Below, piece after piece: positions 1 to 8,701 of a stretch of 11,597 bases of DNA; the stretch's first letter is position 1, and each line of letters opens with the position of its first letter. The stretch covers positions 1-11,597 of the forward strand of contig JADGIF010000290.1 of NCBI GenBank assembly GCA_018985225.1. The letters run 5' to 3'. The notes under the pieces were generated by a model. It saw only the letters and a list, made by a program, of their open reading frames with translations. It had not been told where the DNA came from and ran no database searches. Origin of the DNA: Amoeboradix gromovi X-113 (taxonomy: Eukaryota; Fungi; Sanchytriomycota). The translations under genes and the position numbers were made by a program.

Positions 1-65
1 TTCCTTTTATACTCGTCAACTCCGCAACTAGCTGAATGCCCACTCGCCTCTTAAATCCATAAAAT

Positions 66-136
66 TAATAAAGCTGAAATAATGTTCAAGTTGTTATAGA
101 AAGTTAGTCCAGTTTTTATATTTGATGTCCCATATG
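66..136 (-). repeat. Young repeat end, inverted copy of 11521-11592; probably continues towards position 1
   Basis: 66-136 matches the reverse complement of 11521-11592 at 70 of 72 columns (one substitution, one 1-nt indel). Similarity stops sharply after CATATG at 136/11521. Confidence 0.9.
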
Positions 137-280
137 CAGAATCTGTAATTTGGTAATAGACAAGTTCATGTGTCAGAAAGATATGTATCTATATTCAATA
201 CACTTGCAGCATATCCACTAGGATCGTTAGCTTATTGATGGAAATTCTTGATTACTAAGATTGCAAGACTTTTAACAAGG
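135..280 (+). mobile_element. Copy E: right-end remnant of the IS607/Fanzor2-like element (TnpB C-terminal fragment plus 3' end)
   Basis: From 135 the + strand reads CRICNLVIDK...MYLYSI, like CxxCHLxxDRD...KYMHPYSI in copies B/C. 239-280 TGGAAATTCTTGATT...CAAGACTTTTAACAAGG matches copy B (reverse complement) TGGAAATTCTCGATT...CAGGACTTTTAACCAGG at 14/15 and 15/17 nt. Confidence 0.75.
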
Positions 281-330
281 CATTTAAAATCAAACATTTT
301 TTGTATTTTCAAAACGACGGAGGTCTTGCT

Positions 331-1209
331 ATGAATTTCAATAATTTTGCAAATAAGCTTTCATCTCAGTTCGAGTTAGGTGTGCAGATGGCTAAAGAAT
401 CTCTCGGTCAATCACAAGACTCAACCAAACTACCAGATGATTACTTACTTTTGGAAAACCAGGTCGATGCATTGAAGGAATTGATTATTCAATTTACAAG
501 ACATATTCAGAATGAATTAAAAACTAGCTACACTCCTGCTTTAACCGCTGACGCTACCTCGCCGATTGGCAATATTATGAAGAACATAAATACCATTAAG
601 GAGGACTTGATTCCTTCTGTTGATTTTACTCAAGTTTTAGGGATAGCTACTGGCTTATTCCATCAGCACGAACCTGTTGGTGCTGCTCTTCAGCATATGC
701 AATCATTTCAACTTCAAAGTAACATGTTGTGGTCCAATTATAGCGAGCAAATTCAGCAACAGGTCTTGCTACCTTTAAATACGTTTACAACTACAACTTT
801 ACAACTGGTATCTAAAGCAAGACAGAATGTAGTCACTTCAAGATTGCATTTGGATGCTTGTAAGAATAGATTCAGATCAGCTAAACCTAGCACTGTAGAC
901 CATTATCGTCAAGAATTAGAAGCTGCAGAGGACGCGTTTGTTAAGACTGTGGAGGATGCCACAGTTCTAATGAAAAGCTGCATCGAGCACCCCGAGACAT
1001 TGAGATGCTTTTCGGAATTTTTTCATGCTAAGAAGGATTTATTGAGCGGGCTTTGTGGAAATGTTGAAAAGGTTCAACCTGCTGTATTTTGATTATTAAT
1101 TTAGATGGATGAATTGCAAGTAACTCAGGAAGCTTTATTTAGAAGCCAATCGAACAAACCAGCATTTACAAAAGAAAATGCAGACGCTGACATGACTCAA
1201 TTTGAATAA
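331..1209 (+). CDS. BAR-domain protein, Gvp36-like; exons 331-1083 and 1105-1209 (285 aa)
   Basis: Motifs T-LPDDY..LE..VDALK, ARQNV..SRLHLDACK, ELEAAEDAFV..VEDA..LMK are typical of fungal Gvp36-type BAR proteins. First ATG is at 331. Removing a 21-nt GT-AG intron extends the frame with MDELQVTQEALFR...FE*, whose TAA overlaps AATAAA. Confidence 0.8.
1084..1104 (+). other. Predicted 21-nt spliceosomal intron (phase 0)
   Basis: GTATTTTGATTATTAATTTAG: GT...TAG ends, AT-rich, contains the in-frame TGA (1090-1092) that ends the ORF-track call. The downstream frame stays open for 34 codons. Confidence 0.75.
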
Positions 1210-1285
1210 ATACGCTACTTTAATTACCATTATGATAAGCCAGCTTAGATTATCGACAAGAATGAAAAGAGATTGTTTATTGCAC

Positions 1286-2138
1286 TTACTTCAAGGGCAC
1301 AACGCCTCTAATTAGATCTCTCCTAAACGGTAGTAATGGCCAGATCCATCGAACTATATCAGTAGCAAGTGCCAATCGGGTAAACTAGGTAGTTAGGAAC
1401 AAATGAATTATATTTGCGTTTAAAAATAGCAGAGACAGAATGCTTGGCACAATATTCAGCACTGACTTTAAGAAAGGAGACTTCCTTGCTTGCTATGTTA
1501 GCCATTTCAGTGTCTGTCAATCCAGGTTTTATATTGGTAAACCAGAAACCCTCAGGCTCTAGCTCTATCAAGCAGGATTCTAAATACGCGCCTAGAGCAA
1601 CTTTAGACGAACAATAAGCACCTTTTTGGGGTTCAATGAATTCAGTACTTAGCGAAGTTATAGCCACGATGTGAGGGTTTTTGATATTAAGTCTTCTACA
1701 ATACCTGACAAAACTATTTATGCAACTAATTGGAGCTAGTAGGTTGGTCTCAAATATTTGCACGTCTTTATCAAACGCATCATCAGTTCCAATACCATGA
1801 ATACCAAGCACTCCAGCATTACAGATTATAGAGTCAATAGAGCCAGCAATCTTTGTGCCCAATTCAAATAACTCATCATACCTATCAAAGCTAGTGACAT
1901 CGAAAGGTATAATGTACACGTTCGACTTCATATACTTGGCTAGTATTTCTTGCTGTACTTGAAGCAACAATTTTTCATTTCTAGAAACGAGGATTATAGT
2001 CTTCCCATGTTTTGCTAATTCCATTGCAATGGCCTTGCCAATGCCTTTACTAGCGCCTGTAATCAGAAAGGTCTTGCCTGTTGGAATGCTTGACAAATAT
2101 CGATGTAAAAGCGTTTTTATGAAAGCAAGGAATCCCAT
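1286..2138 (-). CDS. Classical short-chain dehydrogenase/reductase (SDR). Unspliced stop at 1359; probable last exon 1353-1286
   Basis: TGASKGIG (TGxxxGxG), NAG and catalytic YCSSK (YxxxK) motifs. The extension to 1286 needs a 19-nt GC-AG intron (1354-1372) and is less certain than the family call. Confidence 0.88.
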
Positions 2139-2287
2139 TGGAGTCGTGTAACAAAATTAATAAACCAAAATCGTGAATAATCGACACTAGTTTATAGGAA
2201 TCAACTATTACACTTAAAGCATGTGCAAAACAGTCGCTTTATTTGACATCTTAACAACTTAACTGGGTTTATTTTCCATGTTTTACA

Positions 2288-2779
2288 TCTTCTACTCATT
2301 AAAAATCCTTATTTACGAGAAAACTAAGAGTTCCTGCAGAGAAACGGAAACCCTAGTCCCTAAGTTACAGCGCTTGCTCACGATTCCAATACACTGAGGT
2401 GGGATTGAATTAGGATGCATGTAATTCAGCCTATGTTCCTTACCGCCGTGTGTTCACAGATACTTTGAACGAATTAAATAATCACGGCATCTGTGAAGCC
2501 CTCACGAAAATCACTGGCATGCGACTCAATAACTCTTGAATCACCTGTATATTATATAGAAGTCTCTTTCCATGTATTGAAAGACATCGAATAGGTCTTG
2601 AGAGAGAGTATGTTCTGCGTACACCGGAAATGTCTTAAGCTTTGACATAGTCAGGATGAGATGATTTGAGCCGTTTGCAATCAGTGAGGAACATCGAGTT
2701 TTATGCAGTTAAAAAGGTCTAGATACAGAGCATGTTGAAGCCATTTATCTCATGTAATCACGAAAAACGGTTTATTCAA
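2288..2779 (-). mobile_element. Copy A: internally deleted IS607/Fanzor2-like element (left end, TnpA fragment, RuvC-III remnant, 3' end)
   Basis: 2299-2455 aligns to 8702-8857 at 113/158 columns. The minus strand gives CEHTAVRNI (decayed RDHMAARNI). 2622-2485 reads VRRTYSLSRPIRCLSIHGKRLLYNIQVIQELLSRMPVIFVRASQMP, like the IS607 TnpA HTH and the IYARVS motif. ATCGAG (2693) and TTTATTCAA (2771) are shared with copies B and C. Confidence 0.8.
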
Positions 2780-2787
2780 TTAAAATC

Positions 2788-4107
2788 TTACACGGTACAT
2801 CTTGTAATTTCTGCAGGTACTTTTCCGCTCGACCACTTCATCAATGTTATTACGCTGCTAACAATCATGAATAAACCACCAGCACTAATCAGCATATAAT
2901 CTAAAGACATCTGTTTTTTCTTTAAATTTCCCAATTTCAAATGAAGCAAAGCAGGATATATAAATCCGATTGGGATACAACCAATTGTACCTATAAAACT
3001 AACCAATAGATCTAATGAACTACTAGTTACAAAGGCGCCAATGCAGACGCCAATGGTTGTTGTTATCCTAGTGATAATGGTCAAGTTAGCATGACTGTTT
3101 GGAATAAATGATTCTGCGATTTCATATGCAGGAAATAACTGAAGAGGAACACTAAGAATTATAGAAATTACATACAAAAACTGAACTATCAGTAAAAATG
3201 GAGTAGATTCAAGATTTAAAAGTATTATAGATGCGGTTGAAGATCCAAACGCCAAGGAACCAAGAATTGCAACTGAAAAATAAATTATTAAAACCGAAGA
3301 AATTACAAGACTAAGTATTTTAGAAAACTCATACGGTTTTTCCATGCTCGTTGCTATAGGAATCACTAACCCAATGCCTTCAAATGAATAAATCGATGTC
3401 CCAAGAATTAAAAATGTATCTGTCCAATCTGTGAATAAAATGACCTGAGCGCCATTTTTTGATATGCTGTAAATGGAATTAAATAATATATAAACAACTC
3501 CAACGCATATAAGTCCGCTTGCGAAAACTATTGCTTGAGACAGTTTTTTTAAATTATTTAAAAAACAAAAAGGAATGTATATTACTAGTTGAAGAAGTAT
3601 TAAAATCATATAGTTTTTGATGATAAATTCGCAATTTGTTAGAGTACTGATCATGTCTTTAATGTTTTGCGCAATAAATAAAACGTAACACATTGCAAAT
3701 CCAAGTTGACTAAGGAAAATAGACCATAAAATGGATAATCTCAGTGTATTACCATACAATTTATTACCGAGTTCCCAATAAGTACCGCTATGTAAAAGGG
3801 ACACTTCAGCTAACAGCTCCATTCCAATAGTGGAAAAATAAGCACTAATTGTCAGCATGAAAACTGACGGTATTAACCCAGCACTCGCAAATCCTCGAGG
3901 CAGAAATAATACACCACTACCGATGAATGCTTTGAATAGCAAAAAGAATGATTTATTAGTAGAATTCTTTTGAATGATACTATAATCATCTATTATCAAT
4001 TCTTCAGCCTCTTGCCTTAATTCAGCGCTAGAGGTTTTGAATTTATTGTAATGCCCTGTGTTTATTTTACTGGGAATGTTAGTATTTTTGATTTTAGAGT
4101 AACTCAT
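2788..4107 (-). CDS. Amino-acid transporter (Aa_trans/AAAP family), AVT3/AVT4-like vacuolar type
   Basis: 439-aa polytopic membrane ORF with LLFKAFIGSGVLFLP and SFEGIGLVIPI motifs characteristic of the SLC36/AVT3-4 group. Confidence 0.92.
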   Translation of the reverse strand: MSYSKIKNTNIPSKINTGHYNKFKTSSAELRQEAEELIIDDYSIIQKNSTNKSFFLLFKAFIGSGVLFLPRGFASAGLIPSVFMLTISAYFSTIGMELLAEVSLLHSGTYWELGNKLYGNTLRLSILWSIFLSQLGFAMCYVLFIAQNIKDMISTLTNCEFIIKNYMILILLQLVIYIPFCFLNNLKKLSQAIVFASGLICVGVVYILFNSIYSISKNGAQVILFTDWTDTFLILGTSIYSFEGIGLVIPIATSMEKPYEFSKILSLVISSVLIIYFSVAILGSLAFGSSTASIILLNLESTPFLLIVQFLYVISIILSVPLQLFPAYEIAESFIPNSHANLTIITRITTTIGVCIGAFVTSSSLDLLVSFIGTIGCIPIGFIYPALLHLKLGNLKKKQMSLDYMLISAGGLFMIVSSVITLMKWSSGKVPAEITRCTV

Positions 4108-4233
4108 TGATAGGTTGTTTCAAAAATAGTAGTCCTCAAGAATTACCACTGTAGACAACTTGTTAAGTTTTCCCTAAAATAAAAGGTTTTATTAATTGCG
4201 TAATATTTATGATGTTTTAATTGTATATTGTTT

Positions 4234-4486
4234 TTGAATCAGTTTCGGATATTGGATATATTAGAGTCAAGGGATGTATCTAGTACCATTATGCGAACTG
4301 AAAAGATCACGAAGCTTATTCAGTTTGATGCAGTCCAGAAAAGCTTTGCTGTCTCCAGGACGCAGTTGCGAAAATGGGCATAGTAATGAAAGGTCGAGCA
4401 AATTAAGACGCTAGGAGGCAGTGGGTTATACTCATATTGACATCAGGCACTTATTTGAACACACTATTATCAATTGCCGCAATTGA
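4234..4486 (+). pseudogene. Copy D: left end plus disrupted IS607-type serine recombinase (TnpA) N-terminus
   Basis: From ATG 4291: MRTEKITKLIQFDAVQKSFAVSRTQLRKWA***KVEQIKTLGGSGLY, then after a 1-nt shift HIDIRHLFEHTIINCR. This follows the IS607 TnpA pattern VS..TLR.W...GKI..I.T.GG.R.Y...DI..L...IIY(A/C)R. Upstream TTGAAT (4234), TGTATCTAG (4275) and AACTG occur in the same order in the left end of copy A. Confidence 0.7.
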
Positions 4487-4718
4487 AAACGGTTCCTTGC
4501 CTTGCAAGGATGGAAGATTAAACTAGCTTGAATCTGCGAAAACTAATCAATCTATCTCTAAGTAAATACTAGCTCTGAATTATTTCAGACCTTCAGATTT
4601 ACCATAGGCTTTAAACTGCACAAATAAACAGTAACTATTGTGTACTTAAGGTTTGTTTTGATACTGAGTTACTTGTCAGATTTGTTACAATCTACTTTAT
4701 ATCAAGGATCAAACACAA

Positions 4719-6779
4719 ATGTCAAGTACAGATCAGCTGCAAATTACACCTCTTGGCAGCGGCAGAGAAGTAGGTAGATCTTGCCATATTATAAAGTTCA
4801 AAGGCAAATGCATAATGTTAGATATGGGAATTCATCCTGCAAATTCTGGTTTAGACGCTTTGCCATTTATTGATTCTATTGATCCAAGCGAAATCGATCT
4901 CTGTCTTGTTAGTCATTTTCACTTGGATCATTCTGCTGCATTGGCATATTTATTATGCAAGACATCTTTTAATGGCAGAGTCTTTATGACCCATCCAACA
5001 AAAGCTATTTATTCATGGCTACTTTCTGATTTTATTAAGGTATCTAATGATCAGCTATATACAGAAGATGATTTGCAAGACAGTTATGATCAGATTGAAA
5101 CAATGGATTTTCATCAAACTATTGATGTTGAAGGAATTCGAATTACAGCATATTATGCAGGTCATGTACTAGGAGCTGCCACATTTATGATTGAAATTGC
5201 TGGTGTTTACATCTTTTACACAGGTGACTATAGTCGTGAAGAAGATCGACATTTAATGCCTGCTGAAATACCGCCTCATAAACCCGATGTACTAATATGT
5301 GAAGCTACTTATGGTGTACAAACACATGCACCTCGTATGGAGAGAGAGAATAGGCTGACAACTTTGGTGCATCGCACTGTTGAAAGAAATGGAAGGTGTT
5401 TGATTCCTATATTTGCGCTTGGGAGGGCTCAGGAATTGTTGCTTATATTGGATGAGTATTGGCAAAGACACCCTGAAATACAGCATATTCCCGTCTACTA
5501 TGCTAGCAATTTAGCAAAGAAGTGTATAGCTGTCTATCAAACATACATAAATCAAATGAACCGAAGAATCAGACTGCAATTTGAAAGAAAGAATCCCTTT
5601 ATATTCAGGTATATCCAGAATCTGAAGAACATGGATTCATTTGAGGACAAAGGCCCTTGTGTTGTATTGGCAAGTCCCGCAATGTTGCAGAATGGATTGT
5701 CTAGGGTGTTGCTGGAGAAATGGGGCCCTGATAAGAAGAATGGCATCATAATACCTGGGTATGTAGTAGACGGAACTCTGGGCCACTTGATTTTAAGTGA
5801 ACCCAAAGAATTTCCAGTAATGAGCGGAGGTAAATTGCCACTACGTGCAAGTGTGGACTACGTTTCGTTTTCGGCGCATGTTGATTTTATCCAAAACAAA
5901 GAATTCATAGATTTGCTGAACCCAAGCCATGTTATTCTGGTGCACGGTGAAGCTAATGGGATGCAAAGATTGAGTAATGCATTAACAAGCGGAATGAAGC
6001 CAATAGATGAGAATGCTGTTGTGGATGTGAATGAGATTCAATACGTTGTACATATGCCCAAGAATGTAGAGACTTTATCACTTACATTTAGAGGAGAGTT
6101 AAAAGCAAAGATTATCGGTAAAATCAGTAATCTATCAGGTGGAACTATCAGTGGTTTACTAATTACAAAAGACCATATCAACACCATCATAAGCACATCC
6201 GAGCTTCTCCAGTTTACTGATCTATCGTTCTCAACTATTAATCACAGGGTATATGTTGGATGGAAGAATACTCACACCACATCCTGGGGTTTTTTAAAGC
6301 AATTCTTATCAAAAGTTCTGGGAAAGCAGAATGTTGATGAGACTGAGAGCGGAGATAGCAAGACTTTGACATTGTTTAAAGTTGTAAAAATCACGCCAAA
6401 AGATAACCTTTCAGATTTGGTCGTTGAATGGACCGCAAATCCATTTAATGATATGATAGCAGATGCAGTCATGATACTGCTGATACAGATGGAAACATTG
6501 CCATTTTCTATGAGCATGGAAGGTATGATAGTGGATGAGGAAAACGTGGATATGATGGAAATAGAGAAACAAACGGAAGAGAAGAAAGTGGAATGGAAGG
6601 ACTTTTTTGAAAACCAATTTGATGTAGTTCTTATGGACGATGGAATACTCGAACTTAGGCTGGATGATAATGTGGCTCAATTCGATGCAAAAAATGGAAA
6701 AATATTAAAAAGTGAAAATGAGTTGTTCACAAAAAGAATAATAGGCTTGATGGGCCTTGCGGAATCTTATATTCAATAA
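4719..6779 (+). CDS. YSH1: Pre-mRNA 3'-end processing endonuclease CPSF73/Ysh1 (metallo-beta-lactamase + beta-CASP)
   Basis: PLGSGREVGRSC, SHFHLDH, AGHVLGAA, YTGDYSREEDRHL, FALGRAQELLLILDEYW, FSAHVD, LVHGE and the C-terminal EW.ANP.NDMIAD motif; 686 aa uninterrupted. Confidence 0.97.
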   Translation: MSSTDQLQITPLGSGREVGRSCHIIKFKGKCIMLDMGIHPANSGLDALPFIDSIDPSEIDLCLVSHFHLDHSAALAYLLCKTSFNGRVFMTHPTKAIYSWLLSDFIKVSNDQLYTEDDLQDSYDQIETMDFHQTIDVEGIRITAYYAGHVLGAATFMIEIAGVYIFYTGDYSREEDRHLMPAEIPPHKPDVLICEATYGVQTHAPRMERENRLTTLVHRTVERNGRCLIPIFALGRAQELLLILDEYWQRHPEIQHIPVYYASNLAKKCIAVYQTYINQMNRRIRLQFERKNPFIFRYIQNLKNMDSFEDKGPCVVLASPAMLQNGLSRVLLEKWGPDKKNGIIIPGYVVDGTLGHLILSEPKEFPVMSGGKLPLRASVDYVSFSAHVDFIQNKEFIDLLNPSHVILVHGEANGMQRLSNALTSGMKPIDENAVVDVNEIQYVVHMPKNVETLSLTFRGELKAKIIGKISNLSGGTISGLLITKDHINTIISTSELLQFTDLSFSTINHRVYVGWKNTHTTSWGFLKQFLSKVLGKQNVDETESGDSKTLTLFKVVKITPKDNLSDLVVEWTANPFNDMIADAVMILLIQMETLPFSMSMEGMIVDEENVDMMEIEKQTEEKKVEWKDFFENQFDVVLMDDGILELRLDDNVAQFDAKNGKILKSENELFTKRIIGLMGLAESYIQ

Positions 6780-6885
6780 ACACATGCCACTGGAATTTCT
6801 AACATTTGCTTTTCATTTAATAGTATTTGTCAAGATTCGAAATTCAGTATATTTATCCACTCAGTTGCTTCGTTCTATGAATGAC

Positions 6886-7358
6886 TGTTATCTAAACTTT
6901 TACTCCGCGTTAAAATTCCTGGTTTACCAGATAATCAAGAACTTGCACAGAGAAACTGACATGGGCAAAAACCCCGCTACAATAGTTTCTTATGCTGCAC
7001 TACCCTGATAACGGATTGAATAGGGATGCATATACCTCAAGTATGTGTTATTTGCTGCTATATAGTCTCTATCCACTACCAAATGATATTTTGTACTTGT
7101 CAACGTCTCAAAATTGCCTTTTTTCACAGTGCCACACCTTGTGCACGTGTAACTAGTGAATATGAATCATTTTTAGATCATTTTCTATATTCCTTATTCA
7201 CTGGCGATGTCTCTAGATTTGCCGTGGTCAGGGTCTCGAGGCCTGACCATTTTAATTGATGAAAAAGAGAGTATCGAGCGTTTATAGTACTGAAGGTATC
7301 TGAAAAAAGAATTATCGGTGCGAAAAAGTCAGGTAATCTAAATCAAAGGTTTATTCAA
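6886..7358 (-). mobile_element. Copy C: internally deleted IS607/Fanzor2-like element with TnpB zinc-finger/RuvC-III remnant
   Basis: Minus strand 7160-6993 reads FTSYTCTRCGTVKKGNFETLTSTKYHLVVDRDYIAANNTYLRYMHPYSIRYQGSAA* (TnpB pattern TS..C..CG...DRD..AA.N). 6910-6957 matches 8702-8749 at 39/48 nt, and 7185-7232 matches copy A 2608-2655 at 32/48. ATCGAG at 7273, TTTATTCAA at 7350. Confidence 0.85.
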
Positions 7359-7483
7359 CCGAGTGCGATTGCCTTTGGCCAGGTCAAACGTCTCGGACCT
7401 GTAGGGAAAGTTGACAAATTATCTAACATGGAATTCAAAACATCCAAGTCAAATCAGCTAGATCTCACTGAAAAATTTAACCC

Positions 7484-8263
7484 CTAAACTAAGCGGATAC
7501 TGGACTGTGTAGGCTTCCTAACAGGGCTCACTTGAATTTCGTCAAACCTATTTTTCTCCTCCTTTGCCTTTTTCCAAATGCGGCGAGTTTTTACCCACAC
7601 GTAAACGTATCTTAAAGCTATAAAAAGAAGAGCAAGCCCGATTAAACTTCCAATAACTATTCCAGATATAATTAGATCTTTCTTAATTTTTTGATATTTG
7701 GCCTCTCCATCGCTTTGTGAAGTAACCATAGATTGAACTACGTTTGAAGTATAGCCACTGCATGCATTCTTGTTGCAATTATTACAAATATCAGCAAACG
7801 TACGTAGTCCGCAAGACTTTTTTTTGTTTTTATTACTGACACAATAGTCATTACCATTCGTATTCACAATTAAACTTTCACAGTAAGTCATGATATTTCT
7901 CTTAATTTTTATGACCTTTGCGTTTCTCGAGCAGCCTGAGGTATAGTCACTGAACTCTTCTAAGAATTTAAAACAGGTACTACTACACAATCGCCTTTCC
8001 ATGGTATTGCAGACTTGGGACTTTTCAGCAATTGAAGCGCATAGCCATGTAGAGTATAGTGGTATATTTTCCACTGCTCCTTTAAGATTACATTTCTCAA
8101 GGTAATCGTAGTGTATACGTAATGACGTCTCTATAGCACTGTCTAAAGTGTGAGAGTTCACAGATACCGGCACTTCTACCAGTTCTCCATAGCTTAACTC
8201 TTTAAAATTGTATCCGTTGTAACTTGGACAGTAGATTGATTTTGACAGTGAAAAGCATGACAT
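7484..8263 (-). CDS. Cys-rich extracellular-domain, single-pass membrane protein of unknown function; N-terminus possibly incomplete
   Basis: Cys-rich N-terminal region (CFSLSKSIYCPSY; LCSSTC), one hydrophobic helix LIISGIVIGSLIGLALLFIAL followed by a basic stop-transfer stretch. Confidence 0.75.
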   Translation of the reverse strand: MSCFSLSKSIYCPSYNGYNFKELSYGELVEVPVSVNSHTLDSAIETSLRIHYDYLEKCNLKGAVENIPLYSTWLCASIAEKSQVCNTMERRLCSSTCFKFLEEFSDYTSGCSRNAKVIKIKRNIMTYCESLIVNTNGNDYCVSNKNKKKSCGLRTFADICNNCNKNACSGYTSNVVQSMVTSQSDGEAKYQKIKKDLIISGIVIGSLIGLALLFIALRYVYVWVKTRRIWKKAKEEKNRFDEIQVSPVRKPTQSSIRLV

Positions 8264-8701
8264 TTAAGGAGATTGTTTGGGACACAGGCTACAGAAAGTA
8301 ACAAGTATCTCAAAAACATATCGCATTTATTACCTTTGTTGCAGGCGACAACCAGATGCTATCAAGTCCTGTTCTTTCTTTTGAAACTTTCGAATAGGTA
8401 AAACCAATGCATACTTAAAGAATCTGCTATGTTTTTTTCAGAAATACTCATATAGTCCTTGTTTTTTGCCTATAACAAACATCATACCACTAAATCAGTT
8501 TGTTAATCAGGTTTTGTGGCTATCATTGTCTTACATATGCGTTATAAAATCTCTTTCATAGCTATCACATAATTCGCCGCTATAGCGCTTCTTAGTGCCG
8601 CTGATGGTTGATTTTCAATACAATGCCTTGGCAGAATCGCACTTTACAGCAATTCACTGGCAGGTCGCCTTGCCTGATGGTTTCTATATTCTCACTCCTG
8701 G

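Noticed and set aside
301-330. TTG start for the BAR gene
   Set aside because: Eukaryotic context; the ATG at 331 gives a family-like N-terminus.
1202-1290. TTGAATAAA as another element left end
   Set aside because: It is the BAR gene stop plus AATAAA; there is no CTCGAT at the expected spacing and no other similarity to the left-end consensus.
4487-4620. Continuation of TnpA (MED*, IISD) or a right end for copy D
   Set aside because: Matches are only 3-4 residues across several frameshifts; too weak to call.
6757-7259. Plus-strand ORFs 6757-7008 and 7026-7259 (also 9016-9225)
   Set aside because: They lie antisense over element copies C and B and have no recognisable motifs; their mutual resemblance comes from the repeat.
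4381-8266. Stop-codon reassignment (TAA/TAG read as Gln) to explain in-frame stops at 4381-4389 and 8264-8266
   Set aside because: YSH1, GDA1, the transporter and HSP20 have no internal TAA/TAG and end at TAA where expected.
8355-8440. Possible sixth, heavily deleted right-end remnant (AAGTCCTG...GAATAGG...ATGCATACTT...TATGTT)
   Set aside because: Only short AT-rich matches with inconsistent spacing; not supportable without a profile search.
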